Source: Candidatus Omnitrophota bacterium
Lineage (GTDB): Bacteria; Omnitrophota; Gorgyraeia; Zapsychrales; Fredricksoniimonadaceae
Reading direction: 5' to 3'
DNA: 64,000 nt
Assembly: GCA_016201795.1 (NCBI GenBank)
Contig: JACQCF010000024.1
Location: forward strand, 2,115-66,114
Part shown: one piece after another, positions 47,519-56,287 of the stretch
Layout of the letters: the number at the start of each line of letters is the position of its first letter
How positions within the stretch are numbered: the first letter of the stretch is position 1
Made by a program: the position numbers and the translations under genes
Notes under the pieces: generated by a model
Told to the model about the DNA's origin: nothing
The model's database searches: none
The model's input: the letters and a program-made list of their open reading frames with translations, nothing else

Positions 47519-48163
47519 ATGGGTCAAATTCGCAAAATAGGGGAACTTTATTATATTGAATTTTACGCCCGTGGGCTTTTGTATGCGCAGGCCGCCGGGC
47601 ATGACGAACAAGCCGCCCAAAAGATGCTTGAGCACATCGAAGCTAAAATTGCCCACGGCGAGGCCTTGACCGTTGTGCGAGAAATTGATTTGAGCGCTTT
47701 CTTTGAACAGTTTTTAGCTCATGCTAAAGAGCAGTTTTCCGCCAAAAGTATGGGGCGTTTTGTGCAAATGTGGGAGCATTGGAAGGCTTTTCTTCAAGAG
47801 ACTCATCCTCATCTTAATAGCTTATCGCAAATAACCCCATCGGTGGTGGAGTCGTATAAAACCATTTTAGTCAAAACCTTTAGACCCAAAGTGGTTAACC
47901 TGACGATTTTGCTTTTGCGGGAAGTTTTAGAATATGGGATCAACATTGGTTTTATCAATGATAATCCCACGCTGCACCTGTGCCTGTTGGAAATGCCCAG
48001 GCAGCCTGTCGGAAGAGGTCAACGTTTGAATATGGCTAAAGATTTGTTAGCGCGGGGGGTGGGTTTGGGAAAGGTTTGTCAAATTCTTAAACTTAAAGAT
48101 GTAGCCCAGATCATGTATTGGGCAAATTTCATTCCCTTGCAAAGGGAAGATGTGTATAATTGA
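47519..48163 (+). pseudogene. tyrosine-integrase remnant (N-terminal arm/core-binding region only, no catalytic domain)
   Basis: GELYYIEFYARG... parallels GRYYIDYRVNG... of the intact integrase at 54000. No R..HxxR..Y catalytic region. Abuts the tRNA-Ser 3' end. Confidence 0.5.
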
Positions 48164-48187
48164 CCCCCTAGTCTTTGTAATTTTTTG

Positions 48188-48274
48188 GAGAAGTGGCTGA
48201 GTGGTTGAAAGCGGCGGTCTCGAAAACCGTTATCCCGCTTTGCGGGATCGAAGGTTCGAATCCTTCCTTCTCCG
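48188..48274 (+). tRNA. tRNA-Ser (anticodon CGA)
   Basis: ggagaagtggctgagtggttgaaagc..., anticodon loop ctcgaaa, long variable arm. Confidence 0.85.
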
Positions 48275-48295
48275 CAGTTCATTTAAGATTAAATT

Positions 48296-48829
48296 ATGGA
48301 CATTCAAGAAGCTTTCGAAAAAGCATTGAAAGAAACCGAAATCATCCGCAGCCGCGTGCTGTCCCTGCAGACCTTTGCGGACACGCACGTGCCGTATATT
48401 CTTTTGTCCGCCTCCTCCATTAATATGGGTGATACCGTCGTGCGCAGCGGAGAAGTACTGGTGCAAAAACCATCTTTGATCCTGCCGCCGAATATCCCGC
48501 AATTGGAAGGCTTTGAGATGGAGGATCAGCCGGTTTTAGATACGGATGCCATGATCAATTTTCTTTTAGTCAGGGGGGTCTCTTTGCCGTCGATGAAATA
48601 CAACAATAAAACATCGTCTCTGGACATTTTTGAAGGCCGGCTGGATGAAGCCATTAAACATTATAACAATCAGCTGCAGGCTCATGAGAATACCACGACC
48701 GGATTATTGATCGGCCCGCAGGAGGTGTGGCCTTTTTCTTTGATGATTTTTATCTGTAGCCAAATCGCGAAAAATTCTTCTGCCGACATCCGTAAATTAT
48801 TAGATCAATGGCATCGAAAAAATAATTAA
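48296..48829 (+). CDS. hypothetical protein
   Basis: 177-aa ORF immediately upstream of, and contiguous with, the M16 peptidase. No recognisable motifs. Confidence 0.4.
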   Translation: MDIQEAFEKALKETEIIRSRVLSLQTFADTHVPYILLSASSINMGDTVVRSGEVLVQKPSLILPPNIPQLEGFEMEDQPVLDTDAMINFLLVRGVSLPSMKYNNKTSSLDIFEGRLDEAIKHYNNQLQAHENTTTGLLIGPQEVWPFSLMIFICSQIAKNSSADIRKLLDQWHRKNN

Positions 48830-51430
48830 ATGAAACTCAAATTCATTATTTTTAGCCTTTTATCGTTGATCTGTCCGGGCCTTGCCCTGGCTCATCAGCC
48901 CCAGATTTTTAAAACAGTTTTAGACAACGGCCTGACCGTACTCATCCAGGAGGTGCCCTCCAGTGAAGTTATTTCCATTGATGCCTGTGTGAAAACCGGC
49001 TCTGCCGTCGAAGACCGCTATTTGGGCACGGGTATTTCGCATTTTATCGAACATATGCTTTTTAAAGGGACCTCCAAACGACCGGTGGGGGCCATTGCCC
49101 GCGAGGTCCAAAGTTTGGGCGGTACCATCAATGCTTCTACGTCGCACGATTATACGATTTATACACTGGACTTACCCCAAGGTTTCTTGAGTCAGGGACT
49201 GGATATTATCAGCGATATGCTCACAAACTCGAGCTTTGATGCCGACCAAATGCAGAAAGAACGCAAAGTCATCCACGGGGAAATGCGTCTTTATCGTGAC
49301 CGTCCTCATCGGTTTTTAAGTGATTTGGTCTTTCGTCATGTCTATATCCGCCATCCCTACCAGCATCCGATGATCGGTTATCCGATGCTTTTTGATTCCA
49401 TTACTCACGACGAGCTTTATGGTTATTATCAAGAACGTTATATTCCTAACAATATGGTGCTTTCCGTCGCCGGGCCGCTGAAAGCGGATGAAATTTTGCC
49501 GTTGATTAAAGCAGCGTTTAAAGACTTTAAATCCCGTCCTTTTGTACAGCGCCATCTGCCTGCGGAGCCACCTCAATTATTTGGGCGTTATGAGGAGGTT
49601 TATTACCCGACACCATTGATGCATTTTTCTTTGGCTTACCAGGGAGTCAGCGTTTCGGATCCAGATTTGTACGCGCTGGATGTTTTATCCATGGCCTTGG
49701 GCCAGGGGGAGAGCTCGCGGCTTTACAAAGACGTCTACAAAACTAAACATTGGGTAGAGAGTATTTCTGCTTCGAATTTTACGCCGCAGGATCAAGGTTT
49801 TTTTGAAATTGAAGGGGTGATGTCGAAGGATCATCTTCCAGAGGTCCTAGCGTCCTTAAAGGCGACTATCGACGATATTCAAAAACGCGGTCTGTCAGCT
49901 GTAGAGTTAGAAAAAACCAAACGCCAGGTTTCGGCCCAATTTATCTTTGGCAATCAAACCGCCCCCAGCCTGGCCTATCGGGCCGCTACTGATGAAGCAA
50001 TGACCGCAGATGCCAATTTTTCCCGTCATTATGTTGAGCAGGTGAAGCAAGTCACCAACCAAGATATTCAAAGAGTAGCCAACCGTTATTTACAGGATTC
50101 TCATTTAAGCGTGACCGTGTTAAAACCTAAAGCCATGGCCCCTGCGCCGTCAGTGCAGCCACCAGCCGCCGCGCCCGAGAAAATCAAAAAAGTTGTTTTG
50201 GATAATGGCTTAACTATTCTTCTGCACGAAGATCACAGTGTGGCCGTGGTTGCGGTCAAGCTGCTGATGTATGGCGGTACAAGGCAAGAAGACCCTGCCC
50301 GGGGCGGTATTGCTCATTTAACCGCTGATGTCTGGACTAAAGGCACAGGGCGTATGTCCGAAGAACAAATAGCCCAGGCCATGGAACAAAGGGGCGGTTC
50401 ATTAGACAGTTCTTCAGGACACAATACCATGACGGTTAGTATGGATGTTTTATCCGATGACCTGCTTTTTGCTTTGGATCTGCTGGAGGATGTGGTCAAA
50501 AATCCTTCCATGCCACCGGAGGCTATTGACCGCCAGCGTCAAGCGATGTTGACGGCCATGCAAGAGCGCGACGATGATATTATGGACGCTTCTTCCAGGG
50601 CTTTACTTGAAACGCTTTACTTAAAACACCCTTTACGTCTTGATCCTTTAGGTACCAAAGAAAGTCTTTCTAAAATGACTCGTGGGGACATCATCGATTT
50701 TTATCATCGTCTGATGTATGGAAATAATATGGTGATAGCTGTTTTTGGGGACTGTGATTCACCAAAAGTTTTACAGGATTTGAAGAAAAAGTTTGGCTCT
50801 TTAAAGAAAGGACAGGTACAGGTTAAATTATTTTCTGAACCGCCTCCCGAGAAGACCAGATTCAAAGATTTGCGGATGGACAAAGAGCAGGCTTTATTGA
50901 TGATGGCTTTCCGGGCACCAGCCTTCAGGGACCCGGACCGTTTTGGGATGGAAGTGCTGGACACGATTTTAGGAGCCAGTTTAAGCGGAAGGCTTTTTGT
51001 GAAAATCCGCGACCAGTTGGGCCAGGCCTACACCATAAGCTCCAGTTATAGCCCTGATCTAGATACGGGGACTTTTACGCTTTATGTGTTGACGAAGCCG
51101 GATAAAATTGATAGCGTTAAAGGCATTATAATCCAAGAGTTGGAAGATTTAAGAACGAGGGATGTGTCGGCCGAAGAGTTGCAAAGCGCCAAGAATTATT
51201 TAAAGGGTACATTCAAAGGGGAATTATTGACCAACAGCGCCTTGGCTTCCATGAGCAGTCTTGATGAGCTCTACGGTCTGGGTTATAATTTTTACCGTCA
51301 ATTCGACGGGGATGTGGATCAAATTACGGTCCAAGATGTTCGTCGTATGGCCAATCAATATTTAGATATTTCCAAAGCGGCGGTCGTTATTACAAAACCT
51401 AAAACAGCGGACACGAACACTCATGAATAG
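48830..51430 (+). CDS. secreted two-module M16 (pitrilysin/insulinase family) zinc peptidase
   Basis: Signal peptide. Inverted zinc motif HFIEH (HxxEH) in module 1. Second inactive-type M16 module. Confidence 0.8.
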   Translation: MKLKFIIFSLLSLICPGLALAHQPQIFKTVLDNGLTVLIQEVPSSEVISIDACVKTGSAVEDRYLGTGISHFIEHMLFKGTSKRPVGAIAREVQSLGGTINASTSHDYTIYTLDLPQGFLSQGLDIISDMLTNSSFDADQMQKERKVIHGEMRLYRDRPHRFLSDLVFRHVYIRHPYQHPMIGYPMLFDSITHDELYGYYQERYIPNNMVLSVAGPLKADEILPLIKAAFKDFKSRPFVQRHLPAEPPQLFGRYEEVYYPTPLMHFSLAYQGVSVSDPDLYALDVLSMALGQGESSRLYKDVYKTKHWVESISASNFTPQDQGFFEIEGVMSKDHLPEVLASLKATIDDIQKRGLSAVELEKTKRQVSAQFIFGNQTAPSLAYRAATDEAMTADANFSRHYVEQVKQVTNQDIQRVANRYLQDSHLSVTVLKPKAMAPAPSVQPPAAAPEKIKKVVLDNGLTILLHEDHSVAVVAVKLLMYGGTRQEDPARGGIAHLTADVWTKGTGRMSEEQIAQAMEQRGGSLDSSSGHNTMTVSMDVLSDDLLFALDLLEDVVKNPSMPPEAIDRQRQAMLTAMQERDDDIMDASSRALLETLYLKHPLRLDPLGTKESLSKMTRGDIIDFYHRLMYGNNMVIAVFGDCDSPKVLQDLKKKFGSLKKGQVQVKLFSEPPPEKTRFKDLRMDKEQALLMMAFRAPAFRDPDRFGMEVLDTILGASLSGRLFVKIRDQLGQAYTISSSYSPDLDTGTFTLYVLTKPDKIDSVKGIIIQELEDLRTRDVSAEELQSAKNYLKGTFKGELLTNSALASMSSLDELYGLGYNFYRQFDGDVDQITVQDVRRMANQYLDISKAAVVITKPKTADTNTHE

Positions 51431-52781
51431 GATCAAAACACTGGAATTAGAAGTCCTGGTTTTAGCCAAATTAAAAGGGAGAATGGCTTTGCTGGCCTCC
51501 CAAGAAGATCGTGAGCTGATGGTGGCCTCTGCCCTGGAACAAGTGTTAAAGGAGGACCATTCCCAAGAGTTTAAACCAGACCTTTCTTCCGTCGCAGAGA
51601 AAACACGTTTTATTAAAGGGTTTCTTTCGTATGGCGTTATCGAAGAGCTTTTATGTGATCCGGACATCGAAGATATTATCATCAATGCTTTAAAGCCCCT
51701 TTATATTCACCACGCGCAAAAAGGCTTTATCGCCACCGACAAAAAATTCTCCTCCCATCGGGAATTGGAGGTTTTTATTTTGAAGCTCGTTGTTTTTTCT
51801 GGCCGCCATGGTTATAACAAAATCGCCAATTTAGAATTAGCGAATTTAGCCGGGCGGGTCAATATCGTGGATACTCCTCTGGGGCCGCAGTTAACCATTA
51901 GTAAGGCCAAAATTGATCCGTTAAGTATTATCGATTTAATCAAATGCGGCAGCATGAGTTATGAGGTGGCAGGACAGTTGTGGCTTTATATGGAAGGTTT
52001 ATCTATTCGTCCGGCGAATGTGATTATTGCTGGCGGCCCGGGAACCGGCAAAACGACCCTGTTAAATGCCATGTTGAGTTTTATTCCGCCTAAAGACCGC
52101 TTGGTGGTTATTGAAGATACGCTGGAACTCAATACATTTCTGGAAGACAGCTGTTCTCGTCTGGAAACGGATGAAGATTTAGACCTTTCGGATTTGGTCA
52201 AAAACAGCCTGCGCATGCGCCCGGAGAGGGTGATTGTCGGTGAGGTGCGCGGGGCTGAAGCGCGGGATATGATCACGGCCGTTAATATCGGCAAATACTG
52301 TATGAGTACCATCCACGCATTAAGCGCAAGGGAGGCCATTTTACGTTTGGGCAATGAACCCATGAATGTGCCGGATATGCTCATTAATCTTATTGATGTT
52401 TTTATTATTCTTAAACGCTATCATGTGGACGGAAAACTCTTTCGCGTGGTGGAGGAGGTTTCCGAGACCAGCGGCATGGAAAACACAAAAATTTTATTGT
52501 CGCAGGTTTTTAAATACAATTATGAGCAAAAACGCGTGGTAGCGGTCTCGCCGAGCACAATTTACCGCGACCGCCTGGCCCGGGAGACTGGTCTGACGCC
52601 CAGGGAGATTATTGCCGAAACCTGGATCCGTGCCAGTGTGCTTAAGAATTTAGCCGATCGTGGTGTGAATACCATGAAAGAAGTCGCTATGTTCTGTCAT
52701 TATTACACCCACAATCCCGCGGAAGCCATGCATAAAATCGGTTTGGACCGCCAGCGCATGTTGAAGGAAATCAACAAATAA
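51423..52781 (+). CDS. CpaF/TadA/FlaI-like type II/IV secretion-family ATPase (orphan)
   Basis: N-domain GVIEELLCDPDIEDIIIN...GRVNIVDTPLGPQLTISK, Walker A GGPGTGKTT, Asp box RPERVIVGEVRGAEA, His box MSTIHALSAREAILRL. Overlaps the M16 stop by 8 bp. Confidence 0.75.
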   Translation: MNRIKTLELEVLVLAKLKGRMALLASQEDRELMVASALEQVLKEDHSQEFKPDLSSVAEKTRFIKGFLSYGVIEELLCDPDIEDIIINALKPLYIHHAQKGFIATDKKFSSHRELEVFILKLVVFSGRHGYNKIANLELANLAGRVNIVDTPLGPQLTISKAKIDPLSIIDLIKCGSMSYEVAGQLWLYMEGLSIRPANVIIAGGPGTGKTTLLNAMLSFIPPKDRLVVIEDTLELNTFLEDSCSRLETDEDLDLSDLVKNSLRMRPERVIVGEVRGAEARDMITAVNIGKYCMSTIHALSAREAILRLGNEPMNVPDMLINLIDVFIILKRYHVDGKLFRVVEEVSETSGMENTKILLSQVFKYNYEQKRVVAVSPSTIYRDRLARETGLTPREIIAETWIRASVLKNLADRGVNTMKEVAMFCHYYTHNPAEAMHKIGLDRQRMLKEINK

Positions 52782-52849
52782 TATGGCTTTGACAGCAAAA
52801 GGCGGTTTTGATATAAAAGTAGACTTTATTTTTGAGAAAATTTTGACGG

Positions 52850-52926
52850 GCGCCTGTAGCTCAACTGGATAGAGCATCAGTCTACGGAACTGAGGGTTGC
52901 AGGTTCGAGCCCTGCCAGGCGCGCCA
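52850..52926 (+). tRNA. tRNA-Arg (anticodon ACG), CCA encoded
   Basis: gcgcctg/caggcgc acceptor, anticodon loop ctacgga, T-arm gcaggttcgagccctgc. Confidence 0.85.
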
Positions 52927-52935
52927 GATTTCGTT

Positions 52936-53226
52936 ATGAGAACAAATCCTAAGTCTAATCCCAGCGAATCTTTTACTTTATTAGCCGGTTTTGCCCGAGA
53001 AATCAACACTCCTCTTCAATCGCTACTATTAAGCTCTCAAAAACTTTTAGATACCTATAAGCGTAAAGATTTTGAATATATTTCTTACAAAGATTTTCAA
53101 CGGATGCTGACGATGTTAGAACAGATCAATCAACAGATCAAACGTTGTTATGAGATTAGTGAGCGTCTGAAGGGTCTTGGTAAATCTAAAAGGAATCCTC
53201 GTGCGTATTTTACTTCCTGCGATTAA
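52936..53226 (+). CDS. small HisKA (DHp)-like protein lacking the phospho-accepting His
   Basis: FAREINTPLQSL aligns to the H-box sHELRTPL with His replaced by Arg. Confidence 0.35.
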   Translation: MRTNPKSNPSESFTLLAGFAREINTPLQSLLLSSQKLLDTYKRKDFEYISYKDFQRMLTMLEQINQQIKRCYEISERLKGLGKSKRNPRAYFTSCD

Positions 53227-53229
53227 GTC

Positions 53230-53715
53230 ATGACCAAATTCGATGAAATGTTGATGCAAGAGGCCATTCGTGAGGCTAAAAAAGCAGCTGAGGCCGGTGA
53301 GGTACCTGTGGGGGCGGTGGTGGTGCACGAAAACAAGATCATTGCCCGCGCCTATAATCAGGTGGAGATGCTCAAAGACCCCACCGCGCATGCCGAAATG
53401 ATTGCATTGACGGCAGCCACCAGTTATTTGTCATCGAAGTGGTTGCAGGAGTGTACCCTCTATGTTACAATCGAGCCCTGTTCGATGTGCACCGGAGCGA
53501 TGGTGTTGGCTCGTCTGGGGTGTGTGTGTTTTGGCGCCGAAGACCCCAAAGCCGGTGCCTGCGGATCAGTTTTAAATATTGCCAATCACCAAGGATTAAA
53601 TCACCGTCTGAATATTCAAGGGAATATTTTAGCTGCCCCCTGTGCTAGTCTTTTGAGTGAGTTTTTTAAGAAGAAGCGAAAGAATGTACCACGTTTACAT
53701 AGAAAGAATGTTTAA
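53230..53715 (+). CDS. tadA: tRNA-specific adenosine(34) deaminase
   Basis: HAEMIAL...PCSMCTGAM zinc-binding deaminase motifs. Confidence 0.9.
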   Translation: MTKFDEMLMQEAIREAKKAAEAGEVPVGAVVVHENKIIARAYNQVEMLKDPTAHAEMIALTAATSYLSSKWLQECTLYVTIEPCSMCTGAMVLARLGCVCFGAEDPKAGACGSVLNIANHQGLNHRLNIQGNILAAPCASLLSEFFKKKRKNVPRLHRKNV

Positions 53716-53790
53716 GAAGACTATTAGTGGAGAGTCCACCAAAATCTTTGATTTTGGTGAGACTTCTCCAAAATTTACTACGTAAATTTT

Positions 53791-53880
53791 GGAGAGGTGG
53801 CAGAGTGGCTGAATGCAACTGCCTGCTAAGCAGTTGGCCGGGCAACTGGCCCCCGGGTTCGAATCCCGGCCTCTCCGCCA
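53791..53880 (+). tRNA. tRNA-Ser (anticodon GCT), CCA encoded
   Basis: ggagaggtggcagagtggctgaatgc..., anticodon loop ctgctaa, long variable arm. Confidence 0.85.
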
Positions 53881-53999
53881 GATTTTTGTTGTGTTCTGTA
53901 ACATAATGTAATTAAATGAGTTAGATACATCTTAACTCCCCTTTAAGATGGTGGTGCCCAAAATGCGCCCATGTTAAAACCATCAACAAGGAGGGAGTT

Positions 54000-55034
54000 A
54001 TGGCAAGTCTAAGATTCAGAAGCGGGCGGTACTACATTGATTATCGGGTCAATGGCCAAAGGTTTCGCAAGGCCACCGGTAAATCGAAACGGATCGCTGA
54101 ACTCGCACTCAAAGACATTGAAGTAAAAATTGAACGCAATGACCTTGGGTTCATAGAAAAAGACGTTGAGTTAAACAAGCTCTTCGAAGAATTCCTCGCC
54201 TACGGCATCACCCACCACGCACCCAAAACACAAAAACGCTACAAAGGCATTCTCGATAATTTTAAAGAATTCCTCAAGAAGTTTCCGTTTATCAAAAAAG
54301 CTTCCCAATTGGATTCAAAATTTTTTGAAGACTATCAAACCTTCCGCAAAGTCAAAGGCGTTAGCAATAAAACAGTCAATATAGAACTCATCTGTTTGAA
54401 GGCCATGTTTAATCTGGCCATCAAATGGAATTACATTTGGGCCAGTCCCACCAAAAATGTCACGCCATTAAAAGAAGAAAACAACAAGAAGCCGCGATTT
54501 TTGAGCAAGGAGGAGTGCAAGATTTTGCTTGAGAATTGTGATGAATGGTTTTATCCAATTCTTTATACTTTTCTGCACACGGGCATGCGTAAAAGTGAAT
54601 TGGAGAATTTGACATGGAGTGATGTTGATTTCGAACGTAAAAAAATCAAAATCCGCTACAAGGATGATTGGAGTCCTAAAACATCCGAGCGCGAAATCCC
54701 CATCAGTAATGGCCTTTTTGAGTTGTTAAAGAAGCGGAAGGAAACCAACCAAATCCGCTCATGCCCGTATGTCTTTCACTTAAAAGGGGACAAGATAGAG
54801 GCCAATTATTTAAGGAAAAAATATCTGCCTTTAACCAAACAGTGCGGCTTCCCGGATGTAACTAAAATCCACAGCCTGCGCCATACTTTTGCCAGCCACC
54901 TGGTCATGAGCGGGGTGGACTTACCAACAGTCAAGAAGCTCATGGGCCATGCGGATATTGAAACAACCATGATCTATTCCCACCTGGCCGATGAGCATGT
55001 GGATAAGGCGGTGGAAAAATTGAGTTTAATTTAA
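54000..55034 (+). CDS. tyrosine recombinase/phage-type integrase
   Basis: C-terminal HSLRHTFASHLVMSGVDLPTVKKLMGHADIETTMIYSHL carries the R-HxxR-Y catalytic residues. Confidence 0.85.
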   Translation: MASLRFRSGRYYIDYRVNGQRFRKATGKSKRIAELALKDIEVKIERNDLGFIEKDVELNKLFEEFLAYGITHHAPKTQKRYKGILDNFKEFLKKFPFIKKASQLDSKFFEDYQTFRKVKGVSNKTVNIELICLKAMFNLAIKWNYIWASPTKNVTPLKEENNKKPRFLSKEECKILLENCDEWFYPILYTFLHTGMRKSELENLTWSDVDFERKKIKIRYKDDWSPKTSEREIPISNGLFELLKKRKETNQIRSCPYVFHLKGDKIEANYLRKKYLPLTKQCGFPDVTKIHSLRHTFASHLVMSGVDLPTVKKLMGHADIETTMIYSHLADEHVDKAVEKLSLI

Positions 55035-55099
55035 TATGAAAAGTTCTCTTGACTATACAAGTTATATGTTGTACACTTTTAGTGTACGGAAAGGCAACA

Positions 55100-55453
55100 A
55101 TGTTAAAGTCTATCTATTATTTTGTTGATATTCGTGGGAATAATCCGGTTAAGGAATTCATTAATAATCTGCCATTGAAAGAGCAAACGAAAATTGATGC
55201 CTATATTGAGGAGCTTAAAAATCAAGGCCATAATTTGCGCAGACCCATGGCTGACTATATAAGGGAAGGAATATATGAATTAAGGCCGGGTCATCATCGA
55301 GTATTTTATTTTTTCTTTTATCGAGAGAGCGCTGTTCTGCTCCATGCGATAAGGAAAAAAACGGACAAAATACCATCGAATGATTTAGATTTATGCCTTA
55401 AAAGAAAAAAAGAATTTGAACATCTTTGGGATATTAATAAACTTGATTCTTAA
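55100..55453 (+). CDS. Gp49/HigB-like RelE/ParE-family toxin
   Basis: MLKSIYYFVDIRGNNPVKEFINNLPLKEQTKIDAYIEEL...GIYELRPGHHRVFYFF...AVLLHAIRKKTDKIP pattern. Confidence 0.7.
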   Translation: MLKSIYYFVDIRGNNPVKEFINNLPLKEQTKIDAYIEELKNQGHNLRRPMADYIREGIYELRPGHHRVFYFFFYRESAVLLHAIRKKTDKIPSNDLDLCLKRKKEFEHLWDINKLDS

Positions 55454-55467
55454 CAGGGAGGTGTAAC

Positions 55468-55794
55468 ATGGCAAACATTCGGTTAGAAAGATTTGAAGAT
55501 CATCTTCAAGAAAAGCTTAAAGATAAAGAATTCCGCCGTCTTTATGAAATTGAGCGGGCCAAGGTGGCTTTAGCTCAAAAGATTGCAGAAATGCGGCAGG
55601 ACAAGCATCTTAACCAAAAGGCCTTGGCCGTTAAGCTTGGGGTATCCCAGCAATTTGTTTCACAAATAGAGACCGGTGAAGGCCGTAATCTGACTTTGGA
55701 TACGCTTATCCGCATAGCCGCATCTTTAGGACATAAAGTACGCCTCTCTTTTCCTAGAAATGTGGGTAACGGCGCGCATCTTGAAGTAGCTTAG
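55468..55794 (+). CDS. XRE-family HTH antitoxin (HigA-like)
   Basis: QKALAVKLGVSQQFVSQIETGEGRNLTLDTLIRIAASLG helix-turn-helix. Confidence 0.7.
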   Translation: MANIRLERFEDHLQEKLKDKEFRRLYEIERAKVALAQKIAEMRQDKHLNQKALAVKLGVSQQFVSQIETGEGRNLTLDTLIRIAASLGHKVRLSFPRNVGNGAHLEVA

Positions 55795-55984
55795 CGAAAA
55801 GGAAGATTACCTATGTTAGATTGGGGCCGTGATCACAGGAAGCATAGCTTTTTTCATGGGTGTTAAAATTCATGTCAACGGTTTAAAATGGCAGTGGGAT
55901 GAGGTGGTGTGCCGCCATGATGATTCCATCGAATGGAAAAGAATGACATGGAGCGGGGCAAACGCAAGCCGGCATCCGTTAAAC

Positions 55985-56210
55985 ATTTAAAATTTGGTTT
56001 TAAAAATCATTACGAATGGCATTACCAATGGCGTTACAATTTTGTAACGCCATTCGTAATTTTAGGGCTCTTTAACTCTCTTATTTGCAACGGTTTTTTG
56101 GGCGAAAGCGGCCCAAAATCGTTCAAGACCCCTCTCTCCCAACCATAGGTTAAGCAGGGAGACAGGGGTCTTGAACTAACCGTTGCAATAGGAGAGAGTG
56201 ATTAGATATC
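55985..56210. repeat. long structured non-coding region: nested inverted repeats and a ~140-nt imperfect hairpin
   Basis: attacgaatggc..ggcgttacaattttgtaacgcc..attcgtaat. Then ctctcttatttgcaacggtt [gggcgaaagcggccc] gttcaagacccctctctcc ... gggagacaggggtcttgaac taaccgttgcaataggagagag. Confidence 0.5.
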
Positions 56211-56287
56211 AATTATCTTGAGGTTTATTATTTAAAGAGTAAGATGTTAAAAAATGTGGGATCAATTAAAAAGAGGGGTAGTTGTTT

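Larger units (their letters stand above)
53881..56210 (+). mobile_element. putative integrative island at tRNA-Ser(GCT); right boundary not defined and may extend past the two-partner-secretion locus
   Basis: Intact tyrosine integrase 120 bp after the tRNA 3' end, a HigBA-like TA pair, and a structured palindromic region. Confidence 0.4.

Noticed and set aside
47330-48502. Minus-strand ORFs 47330..47656, 48079..48282 and 48230..48502
   Set aside because: All overlap tRNA-Ser genes or the integrase remnant antisense. They have no motifs and are explained by tRNA reverse complements.
52650-53009. 119-aa minus-strand ORF
   Set aside because: Antisense to tRNA-Arg and to the end of the ATPase gene. 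Spurious.
53695-53904. 69-aa minus-strand ORF
   Set aside because: Antisense to tRNA-Ser(GCT).
55933-56148. 71-aa plus-strand ORF
   Set aside because: Coincides with the nested inverted-repeat region. Sequence is dominated by palindrome-encoded residues, so it is treated as non-coding structure.
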